A stretch of DNA of 54,444 nt, the filler included, from Sphacelaria rigidula (taxonomy: Eukaryota), in the NCBI GenBank assembly GCA_964200075.2. It is 4 parts of 4 records of this genome, joined end to end, with 100 filler letters (N's around TTAATTAATTAA, not from the genome) between each part and the next. Parts side by side here need not be neighbours in the genome. Positions count along the whole stretch, not along the records: positions 13,642 to 27,177 come from CAXNAA020002821.1; positions 27,278 to 40,811 come from CAXNAA020002822.1; 2 more parts are not named here. One strand, written 5' to 3'. Shown in pieces: positions 24,874 through 35,503 of the stretch. A program made the position numbers and the translations under genes. The notes beneath the pieces are model-generated. The model worked only from the letters and a program-made list of their open reading frames with translations. It was not told the DNA's origin and searched no databases. Within the stretch, counting starts at the first letter, position 1, and every line of letters starts with the position of its first letter.

Positions 24874-27004
24874 TGCTAGTTGCAGAGCTGCTTCTTTGAT
24901 GTGGCCCGGGTCTGAGTCGGAAAACGTTACGGCTCTAGCCGACGAGGGCCTGCCAACGTTTTCGGGATCAGCGTCCGCGACGCTGGTGCTGCTTTCGTCC
25001 TCCTCGCGGCGCTGTTTCCCTGGCCCACGGCCTGGGAACGTTCCTAGATTATAGCGTACATGGTGGAGTTGCGGGGCAAGGACATCGCACTTCTTCCGCT
25101 AAAAGCGATTCTTATATATTTCTCAACTTCGCTGACCTCGTCTTTGTCCTTTTAACGTTGACTAGTCTGCAAACGGCGCTGTCCCCTCGCCGTGACTCTG
25201 TGCTCGATGCACACAACCACTCGCGGCGCACATGAAGTGCAAACACATGCGACGCAATTAACACGATCCACAAACAGCGGCGTGATTGGTTTTCGGGGTT
25301 CACCTACACTTGATCCTTTACACTTCGAGACCCCCTGTTGTGCATGCCCCTAGTGCCCTATCAACCATCACGTCCTGGCACTGAAGAAACCACGCCGCCT
25401 TGTTCCGTACACAATGAGGAATATTCACATTGTGTGAACTACTTTTTTGCGCGTGGAGAAAACGCTGGCCGACAAATCCGGGATTGATTTTGGCGGACCA
25501 GCGTGCACTCGTTCGTCTCTTTTCATTCTGTGGGTTCCACCTCTGGTCACAGTGTGTCGATCCTGATCACGTTGTACCTTCGTTTGACCGTTGGTAGAAC
25601 TTTTTTTTGTGAAAAAAGAGGGGGCATTTCTTGCGTTTGCATGTGTACCCGTAAAGTCTTGCTGACCACGGTACTCAGAAGCGGCTGAAAACAATGAGTC
25701 ATCATACCTTTTTTTGGTCACTGGTTTTGGTCGATGTGGAAGCACTGACCTGTTCTGAGGAACGTGAGAAATGTAGGTGTGCACGTATGTTATGACATAC
25801 GTCTATTTGCATGCACGTAGCCTGATATGGGTCGAGTCCGGCGGAGATATGGATCGATTCCTTGAGACTGGATCCATCCCGAGGAAAGACATCGGTTGAA
25901 GTATGACATGTATATGTATGTACAAGGGGTTCGGTGGCCTACGCCGCGACGGTCAATGACATCGACAGCCAAGGTACATGAGAACCGGCCATCGTTGCTC
26001 GCATTGCGTAACGGCACAGGTCATAGTTTTAAGTTTTAAGTAGAGCATTTTCCGCTGTGTGCGTACGAGCTGGGCCAGCCTAGAAACGGATTTAAGCTCT
26101 CAAAGTTATATCTCGTCGACACAAACGAGTTGAGCCATGATCCGCATATTTTATTGATCGTCCAATCAAGGGGAAGGTGCACATCTGCTCAAAAGTCTGG
26201 GCCAATATTTTCTCGATTATACCCCATGTCTATTAATTCACTTACCTAACGGATATAGCGTCCATACTAAAATCTATATGAAACCCCGATCGATGCATTC
26301 AGCGGATGACAACGATTTTCGGTGTGGACATTCCCTGGAGCACGAGGAGACGATATATACCCTCACCTTCACCTGGTTCGTCATCTATCTCGAGATATGG
26401 CGCACATAAGGTTCCATACTAAAATCAATATATATATATATCAAGCAGAGGCACTAGATGCTGAAAATCGGGATATCGCGTCTCAGTTTTTGAGAGTTAT
26501 GCTATGCAATTTCATATGGAGAACCGCTAGTGCATGATGAAGCAACAAAAAAAAGGAAACAGCTTTTCATTTTTTTCGTTTTTTTTCAAGTTTTGAGGAG
26601 ATATGAACACTTCTCTTTGGCCTTACCTCAACTTTTTTGCTCAATTATTAGAATTGTGATTCGAAACTCGGCATGGGGAACCACAGAGGTATGCTGAGTG
26701 AAAAAACAATAGACCTTCACTTTTTTGGGGGGGAAAGAGGTTTGGGCATTCTCGTGAAAAAATGGTCGTCACCATACTGTAACGCCAGCGAAAACGCCAG
26801 TGTAAACCAGTGAAAGAATGAATGAATACCAACCTGACCCGCTTTGTTTGGTTCATTAAGCCCTAGCGAGGTCCCACACAAAATTTCAATACATAAACAC
26901 CAAACGTGGACCGGTGAGTGGCCTGCAAAATACTGTTCCGAATTTCTACCGACCCCGATACTGAACGGCCTATTCGCCGGCCAGTATCTACAGTCGGACC
27001 CTGA

Positions 27005-27177
27005 GTTGTTGTTTTTTCCTCACACTTTGAACCCCTCCATTCCCTCGGGATGAGACCGTGGTGTCAAGGGAATCAACCCATATCTCCCCCGGGACGTGCC
27101 CTTCATTTTGGTCTCGCGGATTATGTCAGTACTCCCGCACCGCGTCAACTCACGTCACACAAACCCAGTCGACTATT
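27005..27177 (-). mobile_element. SINE family A, 3' half, cut by contig end
   Basis: Reverse complement matches 28553-28730. Confidence 0.85.
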
Positions 27178-27277
27178 NNNNNNNNNNNNNNNNNNNNNNN
27201 NNNNNNNNNNNNNNNNNNNNNTTAATTAATTAANNNNNNNNNNNNNNNNNNNNNNNNNNNNNNNNNNNNNNNNNNNN
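27178..27277. other. Artificial contig spacer
   Basis: N44-TTAATTAATTAA-N44. Confidence 0.98.
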
Positions 27278-28414
27278 CGTCTACTTTGCGTCTGAGCGCT
27301 CCTTTTCCCCTTATTTCTATCATGTCTCTTACTTTTGTCTTGTACCCCGCGCCTTCACCTATGGACAGTATTTCGTCTTGGTTTCCTCTTATCTCCTTCC
27401 GTACTTTCTCGAATTCTCTATCCCACCTTATTCCAGCATGCCCTTCCGCACTTTTCTTCCATACAGCCCGATCAACTATAGCTGGCAATATCTTTCTCTG
27501 CATGTTCTTGACGCTATATTACCATCTCAATTTCCTCATGTCTTTGTTTCAAGTGAGTACATTCTCAATTCTGCTCTCAATGCTGTGTTGCTCGTCGTTT
27601 TCGAGCATCCAAGTATCTTCTTAGCTGCTGCCATCTGTACTGTCTCCAACTTCTTCACGGAGTTGACGTTCCCCTCCCATACTTCTCCGTCATATTCCAG
27701 TTTTGTTTCGATCACGTTCATCGGGATACATGTCTCAATCCTAGTGTCTAGATGCGAGTCTCTGAGGACCACGTCCATCCTTCCTATCTGTGCCTTACCC
27801 TTTTTTATTAGTTTGTTCATGTGTGCGCCCCAACAACAGTGTTTTGATATATTTACGCCAAGGTATGTATGCTGGTCTACGATCGGCAGTTTCTCTTCTA
27901 CCCACTTCCACTTGAACTCTACGGGGTTTTTCTTATCTTCGTTGCAGACGAGTACCGCGCATTTGTTAACGTTCGCTGTCATTCTCCATTTCCTAGTGTA
28001 TTCTAGCGCCTTGTCCATTCCTGGTGTTTCTGAAATCCCCAGAAAATCATCTGCGAACATCAAACCTGATACCATATCTTCACCCACCTTGACCCCTTGC
28101 TTTGCTGATTCTGTTGCTACCATCAAGTCATTAATGAATACCTTGAATGAAGTGGGTGATAACGTACATCCTTGTGCAACTCCTTGTAAGATATCGAAAT
28201 ATTTCGATATTTCCCCTCCTAGCATCATGGCACTCTTGGCACATTTTCTGTCATCCTCTTCACCACTCTCCAAATTTTCCCTCTGATCCCAGCTCCCCAT
28301 AAATTTTTCTACGACCCATTTCTCCATACCGTGTCATAAGCCTTTTGCACGTCCAGAAAGAAACAGTACGTTGTCAGCCCGGTGTCTTTCCTACCCTGAA
28401 TAATCTTACTTAGT

Positions 28415-28734
28415 GCGCCCCGGTGGTGTAATGGCCGACTGTCGCCATGAGGGTGGAGAGAACGCGGGTTCGATTCCCGATGCGTTGTGTTTTTTTCAGT
28501 GATGTTTGATTTCCACCGTGGAAAGCGTGAGAACGTGAGTAAACAACATGATCGACTGGGTTTGTGTGACGTGAGTTGACGCGGTGCGGGAGTGATGGTC
28601 GTGATCCAATCCGCGAGACCAAAACGAAAGGCGCGTATCGAGGAGAGGATGGGTTGATCCCTTGAGACCACGGACTCATCCCGAGGAAGGGGAGGGGTTC
28701 AAAATGTGACGAAGAAAGAAAATAAGAAGAACAA
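28415..28734 (+). mobile_element. SINE family A, full-length, inserted in the LINE RT
   Basis: GCGCCCCGGTGGTGTAATGG (A-box), GGTTCGATTCC (B-box), A-rich tail; direct repeat AGTGCG at 28412-28417 and 28735-28740; empty site visible in LINE copy 2 near 39435. Confidence 0.92.
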
Positions 28735-28865
28735 AGTGCGTACACATGGTCTACGCAACTACGGTTTGGTCTAAATCCTGCTTGTCTCTCGCTGATTTCG
28801 TCGTCCTTTTTCAGTATCGTTCCTACTCTTTCGTTCATAATCTTACAGAATGTTTTTCCCGCTCA

Positions 28866-29346
28866 GGCCGGATGTTATGGCAAACAGATTTTAGGCCCAC
28901 AGATTGTTCACTTTTTGGACGTTGGCTCACTTTTTGATCCCTAAACAGGGAGAACCGCCAACACACGTCTCGGACACTTTGCATCACCCCACAGAGAGGA
29001 GCCTAGTCTGCTTTTCAGATTCGCTTGGCTCCGAGGTTTCGAGGGTGGCCGCTGAACAAAAACTCGAGTACAAACATCTGTTCTTGCCGACCCCCGCCAG
29101 TTCGGCCAATAATCTGTGGAGATCGCCGCAGATTTTGTTGCACACGGATTTTTGTTCAGCGGCCGCTCTCGAAATCTTGGAGCCAAGCGAATCTGATTAG
29201 TGGGCTAGGCTCCTCTCTGTACGGTGATGTAAAGTGTCCAAGACGTGTGTTGGCGATGTTCCCTGTTTGGGGGTCAAAAAGTGGCTCAAACGCCATAAAA
29301 GTGAACAATCCGTGGGCCAAATATCTGTGTGCCATAACATCCGGCC
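28866..29346. mobile_element. PIF/Harbinger-like (Tourist-type) foldback MITE
   Basis: Ends GGCCGGATGTTATGGCA / TGCCATAACATCCGGCC, arms about 210 bp, 3-bp TSD TCA; related segment at ~41465-41545. Confidence 0.88.
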
Positions 29347-30154
29347 TCAGTAGCGTTATCACTCTATAGTTTCTGGGGCCAGCCTTGTCTCCTTTTTTGA
29401 AAATATTGACAACCACCCCTTCTCTCTACCTCTTGGGTGTGTACTCGTTTTCTCAGATCCAGTTGTACAGCATAGCCATCATGGTAATCATTCCTTCTCC
29501 CCCGTACTTTAGAAATTCATTCGCTATTCCGTCTGCCCCTGCTGCGTTTCTGTTCTTGAGTGTAGCTACGCACTCCTTTCATCTCTGGTGAACTCTCTCT
29601 GCAATACTTTCGAGTCAATACCCTCCCGTTTCGACGAATCTACATTTGCTTCTGCCCACTCGTTGATCTCTTTCTCGAATTCCGTGTCGAACTTCGTGTG
29701 AGGTTTTGGTGTTCCTAGTCTACGGTAGTGCTCGACTAGCATTTCTCTCTTCCCCTTCGAACTACTGACCATTTTACCGTTCTGTGCCCGCAGTGTGGCT
29801 ATCCCGTTGTCTATCTTTCCTACCTGGTTTCTCGTTATTTCTTCTATCCCTGCCCACATTTGTTTCATCCCGCTATCGAAATCTTCATTTTGTTTTTTCA
29901 CTACACCTTCCCATCCTCCTTTTTTTTCATTTCGTACCATCTGTTTTACTTATTTTCGAGCTTTCGTACACTCCTCCCATCCTCCCGGAGGTTCACTCGA
30001 CATTCATCTTGCGTGGGCCCCTCTCCTTACTCTCATGGCCTCCTTTAATTCCTGATCCCACCATTTCACTGCTCTGTTGCATACGATCAGTTTCCTACCA
30101 ATGACTTCACTCGCCGCGTTCTTGACCATCTACTCCCATCCTTCTACAATCTCC

Positions 30155-31865
30155 CAGGGTTGTGTTCTGTAAGGTACGGGTACGTTCTGTAGGGTATGGT
30201 ATTCCTTACAGAACTTACAGAACTGTCGGGTACCGGTATAAACGTCTTACAGAATTACAGAACTTGTCGGGTACGGTATGGGAGGCTTAGAGAAAACTGA
30301 TACCGGCAATCGGGGAACTCTTCCAGGGTACACCCGCCCCTCGGGTAAGGGTAAACGTTTTGTACAGAAATTACAGAACTGTCGGGTAAGGGTATGGGAG
30401 GCTTACCGAACTCACAGAAACTGTCGGGTAAGGGTATGGGGGTTGCACAGAAAACCGTACCCGCAACCGGGTATATTATCAAGAGCATACCCGTGCCCCC
30501 CCGGTAAGGGTACGGGAGGCATACAGAACTCACAGAACTATTGGGTACGGGAATGAAAATCTTACAGATATTACAGATCTGTCGGGTACCGGTTTGAAAA
30601 TCTCGCAGAGTTTACAGAACTGTTGGGTACGGTAAACACCCGGCAAAATACCCCGGGTATAGAGAAAACCGTATCCCAGAAAACACGATCTTGGAATTAT
30701 CATCACCCCTGTGGTGGGACCTGCGACACTCAAACAGTGGCGAAATACAGATGATAGCTCACGAAAACTCTGAACAACTTCACGAGGTTCATAGAGAAAG
30801 GCGACACGAATAATCGCAGTAGTACATGTGCACGGGATCTTCAACATCTGTCCGCTTCACGTACACTCCCAGACAGTACATGAAAGAGCATTCACGGCTG
30901 CCCGCTCTCTGGAAGCCCTTTGGCACGCGACAAAATCGCCGGACGACTTTCTGTGGCAGCTCATACTCTGTCCTGTACATGTCGATAACGGTCTGGGATT
31001 TGATGACCACGACACAACTACCATCAACGTCGATGACATGCGTCTTGCTCCTTGAACCTCTAGTGGCGCAGATGAACCGTCTCCGCTCGAGCCATCACTC
31101 GAGTCTGGGGGTGATCCATCCTGACGGTCTCCACGGCTGCTCATGTTTCGTGTTTCCACTCAGCGGTACCTTGTATCCCGTCAGATCCTAAACTAAAGAA
31201 CGTTTCAACATTGAATCGTTGTTGGTGTGCAGTTTTGAATGAAGGAGTTGAGTGGGTTGATCGATGGGAGGTACATGTTCAGGTCATGAGGTTGTGTTTG
31301 GAGTGAACCTATATCCGTGCCTCTCCAAGGTATATACCTGTGCTCATACCTGCACTCGGGTATATCTATACGCAGGGGTATACTCTAACCCCGGGTAGGG
31401 GTATGGAGGCTTACAGAGCTCACAGAACTGTCGGGTACCGGTACTGAATAAAGTCTTACAGGAATTACAGAACTTGTCGAGTACGGTATGGGAGGCTTAC
31501 AGAAAACCGATACCGGCAATCGGGTATTTTTTCAAGGGCATACCCGCTCTCCGGGTACGGGTAAACATTCTGTACAGAGCTCGCAGAACTGTCGGGTAAG
31601 GGTATGGGAGGCTTATAGAACACACATAAACTGTGAGATAGGGTATGGAGGTCGCATAGAAAACCGTACCTGTGCTCCACGGTAACGGTACGGGAGTCTT
31701 ACAGATATTACAGAACTATCGGGTAAGGGTATGAAAGTCTTACAGAGTTTACAGATGTCAGGTACCGGTATGTCTTACAGAAGTCACAGAACTGTCCGGT
31801 ACGGTAAATACCCGGCAAAATACCCCGGGTATACAGAAAACCGTACCCTACAGAACACAACCTTG
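30155..31865 (-). mobile_element. Non-autonomous hAT-like element with dense subterminal repeats
   Basis: TIR CAGGGTTGTGTTCTGTAAGGTACGG / CCGTACCCTACAGAACACAACCTTG; 8-bp TSD CAATCTCC / CAATCTTC; many TTACAGAACTGTCGGGTA-like motifs. Confidence 0.88.
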
Positions 31866-32649
31866 CAATCTTCGCCCCTACCCGATTTCTTTCCATTTCG
31901 GTATCAACTGTTTCTATGCGCTTCAGTAGCTTGGAAAATTTCACTGCATTTTGGGCTATCTCCTCTTGAAACTCTTGACGTTTTTCTTCCTTATCTAGTT
32001 TATCGATTCTCCATTTGTACAACTTCCTTCCCCGCTTATTCCTTTTAGCTCTCGTCTGTTGGCTTTCTGACCATATTAGGCAGTGATCTGTGGTTCCCAC
32101 ATCCTCCGCGCATGCATGTACTTCCTTTTCTTCACTACTTCCATGCTTTACCACTATATAGTCAAGAACGGAGCATTCTCTCTCGTCTCTGCGGTTTGTA
32201 GCCCATGTCCATTGCGCCTCTGGCTGAAATACTCTATCGTTCAGCGTTTTCATCTCGTTATTCTCAAGGAACTTGAGCATTTCTACCCCATTCCTGTTCT
32301 TCTTGTCTTCCAGAGGTCTTCCGAGGTCTGAGGGGGGGACGGAGTACCCATTTTTCGATGGGGGGAGGTACCCCTTCATGTCACAGATAATGAAGATAGA
32401 AGGAAATGTGGACAGGGATAACATGGTGGGTGTCCCGACATGACGCGGGATCCCATAGTATACAGCAATACGAGGTTGGCAACCTACCGCGCTACGCCAC
32501 CACTGCACGTGCGTACTGTATTGCACCGTCATGACCATAATGATCGTCATGAACGTACAGCACAGTACAGTACAGCAGGTGGCAGGAGTACGTTGAGGAG
32601 CATCTATCGTACCTCGGGGCCAAAAATCTATTCCTCCTCTGTACGGGGA

Positions 32650-33001
32650 TGTGTTCGTGTGTGTGTGTTGTCGTCCCATCTGTTCTGGACACCAGTCCAC
32701 ACCCTTCGTCATATGTTGGCGCATTAGCCGGGGTCACGCAGGAGGGAGGTCAACACAGGAGTTTATTTTCGTGCTGTTTTAGTACACCACCTTCTTTCCG
32801 CGGTGTTTGCCTTGCATTTTATCGCGAGAGGGGTTCAGCAGTCCCCTTCCCTCGTCGACCGTAAAGTTGAATTTACATAGTTGCTCTCCCTTGTTGGGCA
32901 TTGTGTGAGAATTTTCCCAGATCGTGTGAATGCACCGAGATTTGAATCCACGACCCAACCGTCAGATGGATTCGAGGCTCATTACCTGTTGAAACCTAGG
33001 C
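32650..33001 (-). mobile_element. tRNA-derived SINE family B with (CA)n tail, diverged
   Basis: Reverse complement aligns with 42127-42485 (GGGGAAGGGGACTGCTGAACCCCTCTCGCGATAAAA-like core; CTCCTG.GTGACCCCGGCT). Confidence 0.85.
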
Positions 33002-34314
33002 TCTCGTGGCGCTGTCTCACTAGACAGATTGACAGACGTTGCACAGTGGCTGTGAAGCTCACTTGCGACTTGCAGCGAAACAGAAGAAAATTCGGATGGT
33101 GTTCGGTGGCGCTTTTCGGCCAAACCAGAATCAAACACACAGCCTCTTCTTCACGCAGAGAACTGGAGGAAATCTGGCTTAGCTGGGAGAGTGAACGCGG
33201 TGGGCGATCGAGATCGAACCAAAGCGCTCTCACTTTCTGGAACAAAAACCAATTTTGCACACGTACGTCAAACCAAACTGTATCATCCGGTTCAGCTGCT
33301 GCTGCTGCTGACGCTGTAGTCGTGCCAGCTTTTACACTAGATCTACTGTAGTTTACGTGGCCTCGGTACTCTGCTATAGTATCTTACTGCGACAAATCAT
33401 GGCAACACGTCTACTCCAGCAAATATCCTGCTTCATACGTCACTCAGACAAACGTACTACATTCCCAGAAAATATACTCAGTGGAAAGGATACAAGGTTC
33501 ATGACTTCATTGAACCGTCACAACTTGTATCACTATCTTGCTATAAAGACTTCAGCCAGACACGAAGAACCTAGACTCCATAATCTAAATTTGCAACACC
33601 CTCTCGTGAATGAAGTGTCGTTAGCAAAGCAAGACGATGTATTCTTCACGCAAAGTGCAGTAAGCACGGCAATCGAATTAAAATATACATATCGTACTCT
33701 TGTACCACTCTTCTGTTGTACTGCATCTTCACTTCTTAAAAACAGCCAATCCGAGCTGGTGACAGATGAAATTTGAATCCACACGCACACGCACACCCAC
33801 ATATATATATATATATATACATACGCGTATGCGCTGCTTGGATGGCATGAGATTTCATGTGCCCTGCAGAAAGGAAGAACAAAAGTAATGTGCAAAGAAA
33901 TCAACCTGCAAGGTTTCGCGAATCATACAAAAACAAGTGACATCGAATGTTTCGACGCTTGCAAAAGCGAAGAACAAAAAAAACCGTGCTCAGAAATGAA
34001 CCTGAAAATTGCCGCGAGATTTTCACACGAACTGTCGATTTCACACATTTGATTCGACACGAGAGTTGAAGCATAGAGGTCGTTGCATGCACTGTCTTTA
34101 CAGCGCGTTCCCCGAAACTTATATCGCATCATACGTTCTTGGTAAGAACCAAGACAAAGAGGAATCATGTGCATGGTGCATGGCACAGGTGGTTTACTGC
34201 GTCCTACAGTGGACGTCAATCATGTGCGCAGGTAGCTTACACCTGTTTCCTTCCAACATGCTCGTGAAACCAAAATATTCTTAGGCTCCCTGTGATTGCG
34301 TCGGGGTCCCTGTA

Positions 34315-34790
34315 TTATAACGTCGGGCTATACGGTAGAGAAACCAACCTATTTGTATGAAGTCTCTCTAACAGTGACAGTGCGTCATGGACTCTTCTCG
34401 ACATGAAATACTCAAATTCTTCTGGATGCTCCCTATACCAGGCGTTCCGTAGAAAATTGAAGACCCCAAGGTCTATGAAAAAAAAGCACATCCGTATTAG
34501 GATATACAGCTGCGTTGAGCTCGTCATGACATCTAGAATAGTTGGATATTCGATGCTTTCCATGAATCCATACGTTCTTAAATGGTTCGCCATCGTTGCT
34601 CGTACATCCCGTGATTGTCTGGGTACCACGAGGTCCAGTACGAGGTGTGCCCTGCTCCCCAAGTCAATATATGTGTTCGCCACATCCCGGATGATCCTTC
34701 TGGGATGGAAACGCGTTCTTGATGTGAAGACGACGACAGCAAATACAACTTCAAGTACAACATATGGTGTTTCATAATACTTATAGCTCC
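34315..34790 (-). other. Orphan open frame (~160 codons), possible exon or gene relic
   Basis: Stop-free frame extends upstream of the called GTG (YKYYETPYVVLEVVFAVVVF...NAWYREHPEEFEYFMSRRVHDALSLLERL); protein-like composition but no recognised family. Confidence 0.3.
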
Positions 34791-35162
34791 TCGCTGAAGT
34801 ATTTTACCATGACTCCATCAACCCCTTCCTATACGGGACCGATCTGAAGCCTGGTCCATGTCACTACTCTAGCACTTACCGTTTATCTTGCAGGGGTGGG
34901 GTAGGGCTTCAGTAGGTGAGATCCCTCGGTAAAACCCACAATTTTCGAAGGCCGTCAGCGAATCATTTGTGAAGGAAGGATGACGCACCATGGCGCGGCA
35001 ACATGAAGGAGACTCGCCCTTCGACCTACGGCGATCCCAACGGGAGGCTCGTTACCTTCGACTGCGGCCGCTGGAAGGCCGCTGGAAGGCCTCGAGTCGG
35101 ATCGCTGGAGGCCTATATCTGCCCGTCACGAACGACACGCAATTATTACGTGACAACAACAT

Positions 35163-35503
35163 GCCGCGCCCCGGCGGTCTGACGGTACAGCTGACATCAT
35201 ACACAACGGGGGAAACGCGGGCTCGCTTCCCGCCAGAAGCGTCTAGTTTGGGATCTTTCTCACACGTACGACACTAGTATATGATTTCCGTGGTTGATAG
35301 CATTAGGACGTGAGTAGCAACAAATATTTATTCGGCTGAGTTTGTTACACGTTACACGGCAGTCGACGCGGTGCGGGAGGGCTGATCCAGTTCGTGATAT
35401 CAAATTATAAGGCGTGCACCGGGGGAGCGATGAGTTGATTCCTTGAGACCACGGACTCGTCCCGCGGGAGGGGAGGAGTGAGAAATGAGGAGGAAAAAAC
35501 AAC
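35163..35503 (+). mobile_element. SINE family A, diverged full-length copy
   Basis: GCCGCGCCCCGGCGG head, decayed A/B boxes, GACGCGGTGCGGGAG and GTTGATTCCTTGAGACCACGGACTC body, A-rich tail. Confidence 0.85.

Larger units (their letters stand above)
18362..25300 (-). mobile_element. Ty3/Gypsy LTR retrotransposon 2 (chromodomain-bearing), deleted and rearranged; 5' LTR not found
   Basis: Minus-strand gag-PR-RT-(deletion)-IN-chromo, then PPT and a TG...CA LTR; 5' boundary approximate. Confidence 0.88.
27278..32322 (-). mobile_element. Non-LTR retrotransposon (LINE) copy 1, APE-RT ORF2 pseudogene, 5'-truncated, with three nested insertions
   Basis: APE C-terminal motifs SVLDYIVV and TTDHCLI; RT motifs IFKKGDK...NYRVITLL, QAGFRPNRSCVDH, FLDVQKAYDTVWR, GVAQGCTLSP, FADD, YLG; 3' end cut by contig edge. 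Confidence 0.92.

Noticed and set aside
25300-26900. 5' LTR of Gypsy element 2
   Set aside because: No match to 18188-18705 seen; the region looks like unrelated repeats.
27378-28286. 302-aa plus-strand ORF (and similar plus-strand ORFs over both Gypsy elements and LINE copy 2)
   Set aside because: Antisense shadows of minus-strand RT/gag coding sequence.
28415-28490. tRNA gene (also at 15656, 40695, 42127)
   Set aside because: A and B boxes are present but no complete cloverleaf, and each continues into a shared SINE body and tail.
30200-31860. TTACAGAACTGTCGGGTA repeats as CRISPR or iteron array
   Set aside because: Irregular spacing, enclosed by TIRs and an 8-bp TSD; these are hAT subterminal repeats.
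31708-32724. 338-aa minus-strand ORF as a novel fusion protein
   Set aside because: Chance read-through of SINE B tail, flank, LINE endonuclease fragment and hAT terminus.
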